In this document: in pieces, positions 63,647 through 64,000 of the stretch
Layout of the letters: each line of letters opens with the position of its first letter
How positions within the stretch are numbered: position 1 is the first letter of the stretch
Assembly (NCBI RefSeq): GCF_030028105.1
Contig: NC_092377.1
Coordinates: 35,708,782 to 35,772,781, forward strand
DNA: 64,000 nucleotides
Reading direction: 5' to 3'
From: Mobula birostris
Lineage: Eukaryota
Notes under the pieces: generated by a model
Told to the model about the DNA's origin: nothing
The model's input: only the letters and a program-made list of their open reading frames with translations
Database searches by the model: none
Position numbers and translations under genes: made by a program

Positions 63647-63782
63647 CAAACACAATAAATTCTGCTGATGCTGGAAATTCAAAGCAACAAACGGAAAATG
63701 CTGGAGGAACTCAACAGGTTAGACAGAATCTGTGGAAGAGAGTGAACAGTCAACATTTTAGACCGACACCCTTCTTCAGGAT
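63647..63782 (-). mobile_element. PLE pLTR end fragment
   Basis: Reverse pLTR tail and a degenerate hammerhead region. Confidence 0.75.
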
Positions 63783-64000
63783 TTCAGGGAAAATTACTCT
63801 TTGCAATTAAGGAGCAACACAAAGTATAAAAGTGTTGGGGCAAACAATTCATAACTGAACTCTCAGATCGGAGCTTAGCCTGAAACAAACACATTGAACA
63901 GGCTTTGCCTAATTCCGGATTTGCTAGTTATTATTAATGCTCCTGTGCTCTCCTTTAAAACTAAGCACATTTAACTGAACCTTAGAAACTTTTCCAACAT

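Noticed and set aside
1-64000. Prokaryotic systems (CRISPR, operons, retrons), rRNA or intact tRNA genes
   Set aside because: None seen. The RT and GIY-YIG motifs belong to eukaryotic LINE/PLE/Gypsy elements, and the tRNA-like sequence is a SINE head.

Overview
Vertebrate genomic DNA, very probably a cartilaginous fish (ray/skate-like). This is inferred from the repeat content: CR1 LINEs, Rex1/Babar LINEs, Penelope-like elements (PLEs), HE1-type V-SINEs. Well over half of the window is decayed retroelements: many CR1 fragments, three Rex1/Babar copies and about a dozen PLE pieces carrying minimal hammerhead-ribozyme motifs. There is also one Gypsy relic, one end-complete internally deleted Helitron and a Tc1/Tigger-type MITE. 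Most long ORFs in the supplied track are TE-derived or spurious. The non-repeat islands hold about 20 minus-strand exon relics with AG/GT boundaries, from 60662 down to 866. Most join in compatible phases into one large Cys-rich, N-glycosylation-rich extracellular protein. By eye it contains 3 Frizzled-CRD-like repeats, 2 LamG/pentraxin-like domains, SEA-like segments and an Ig-like segment. The gene is dead: it has many in-frame stops and frameshifts, and four TE insertions sit inside three exons; removing them restores the local reading frame across each junction. I do not recognise the gene. All domain names are motif-level judgements made without database searches.
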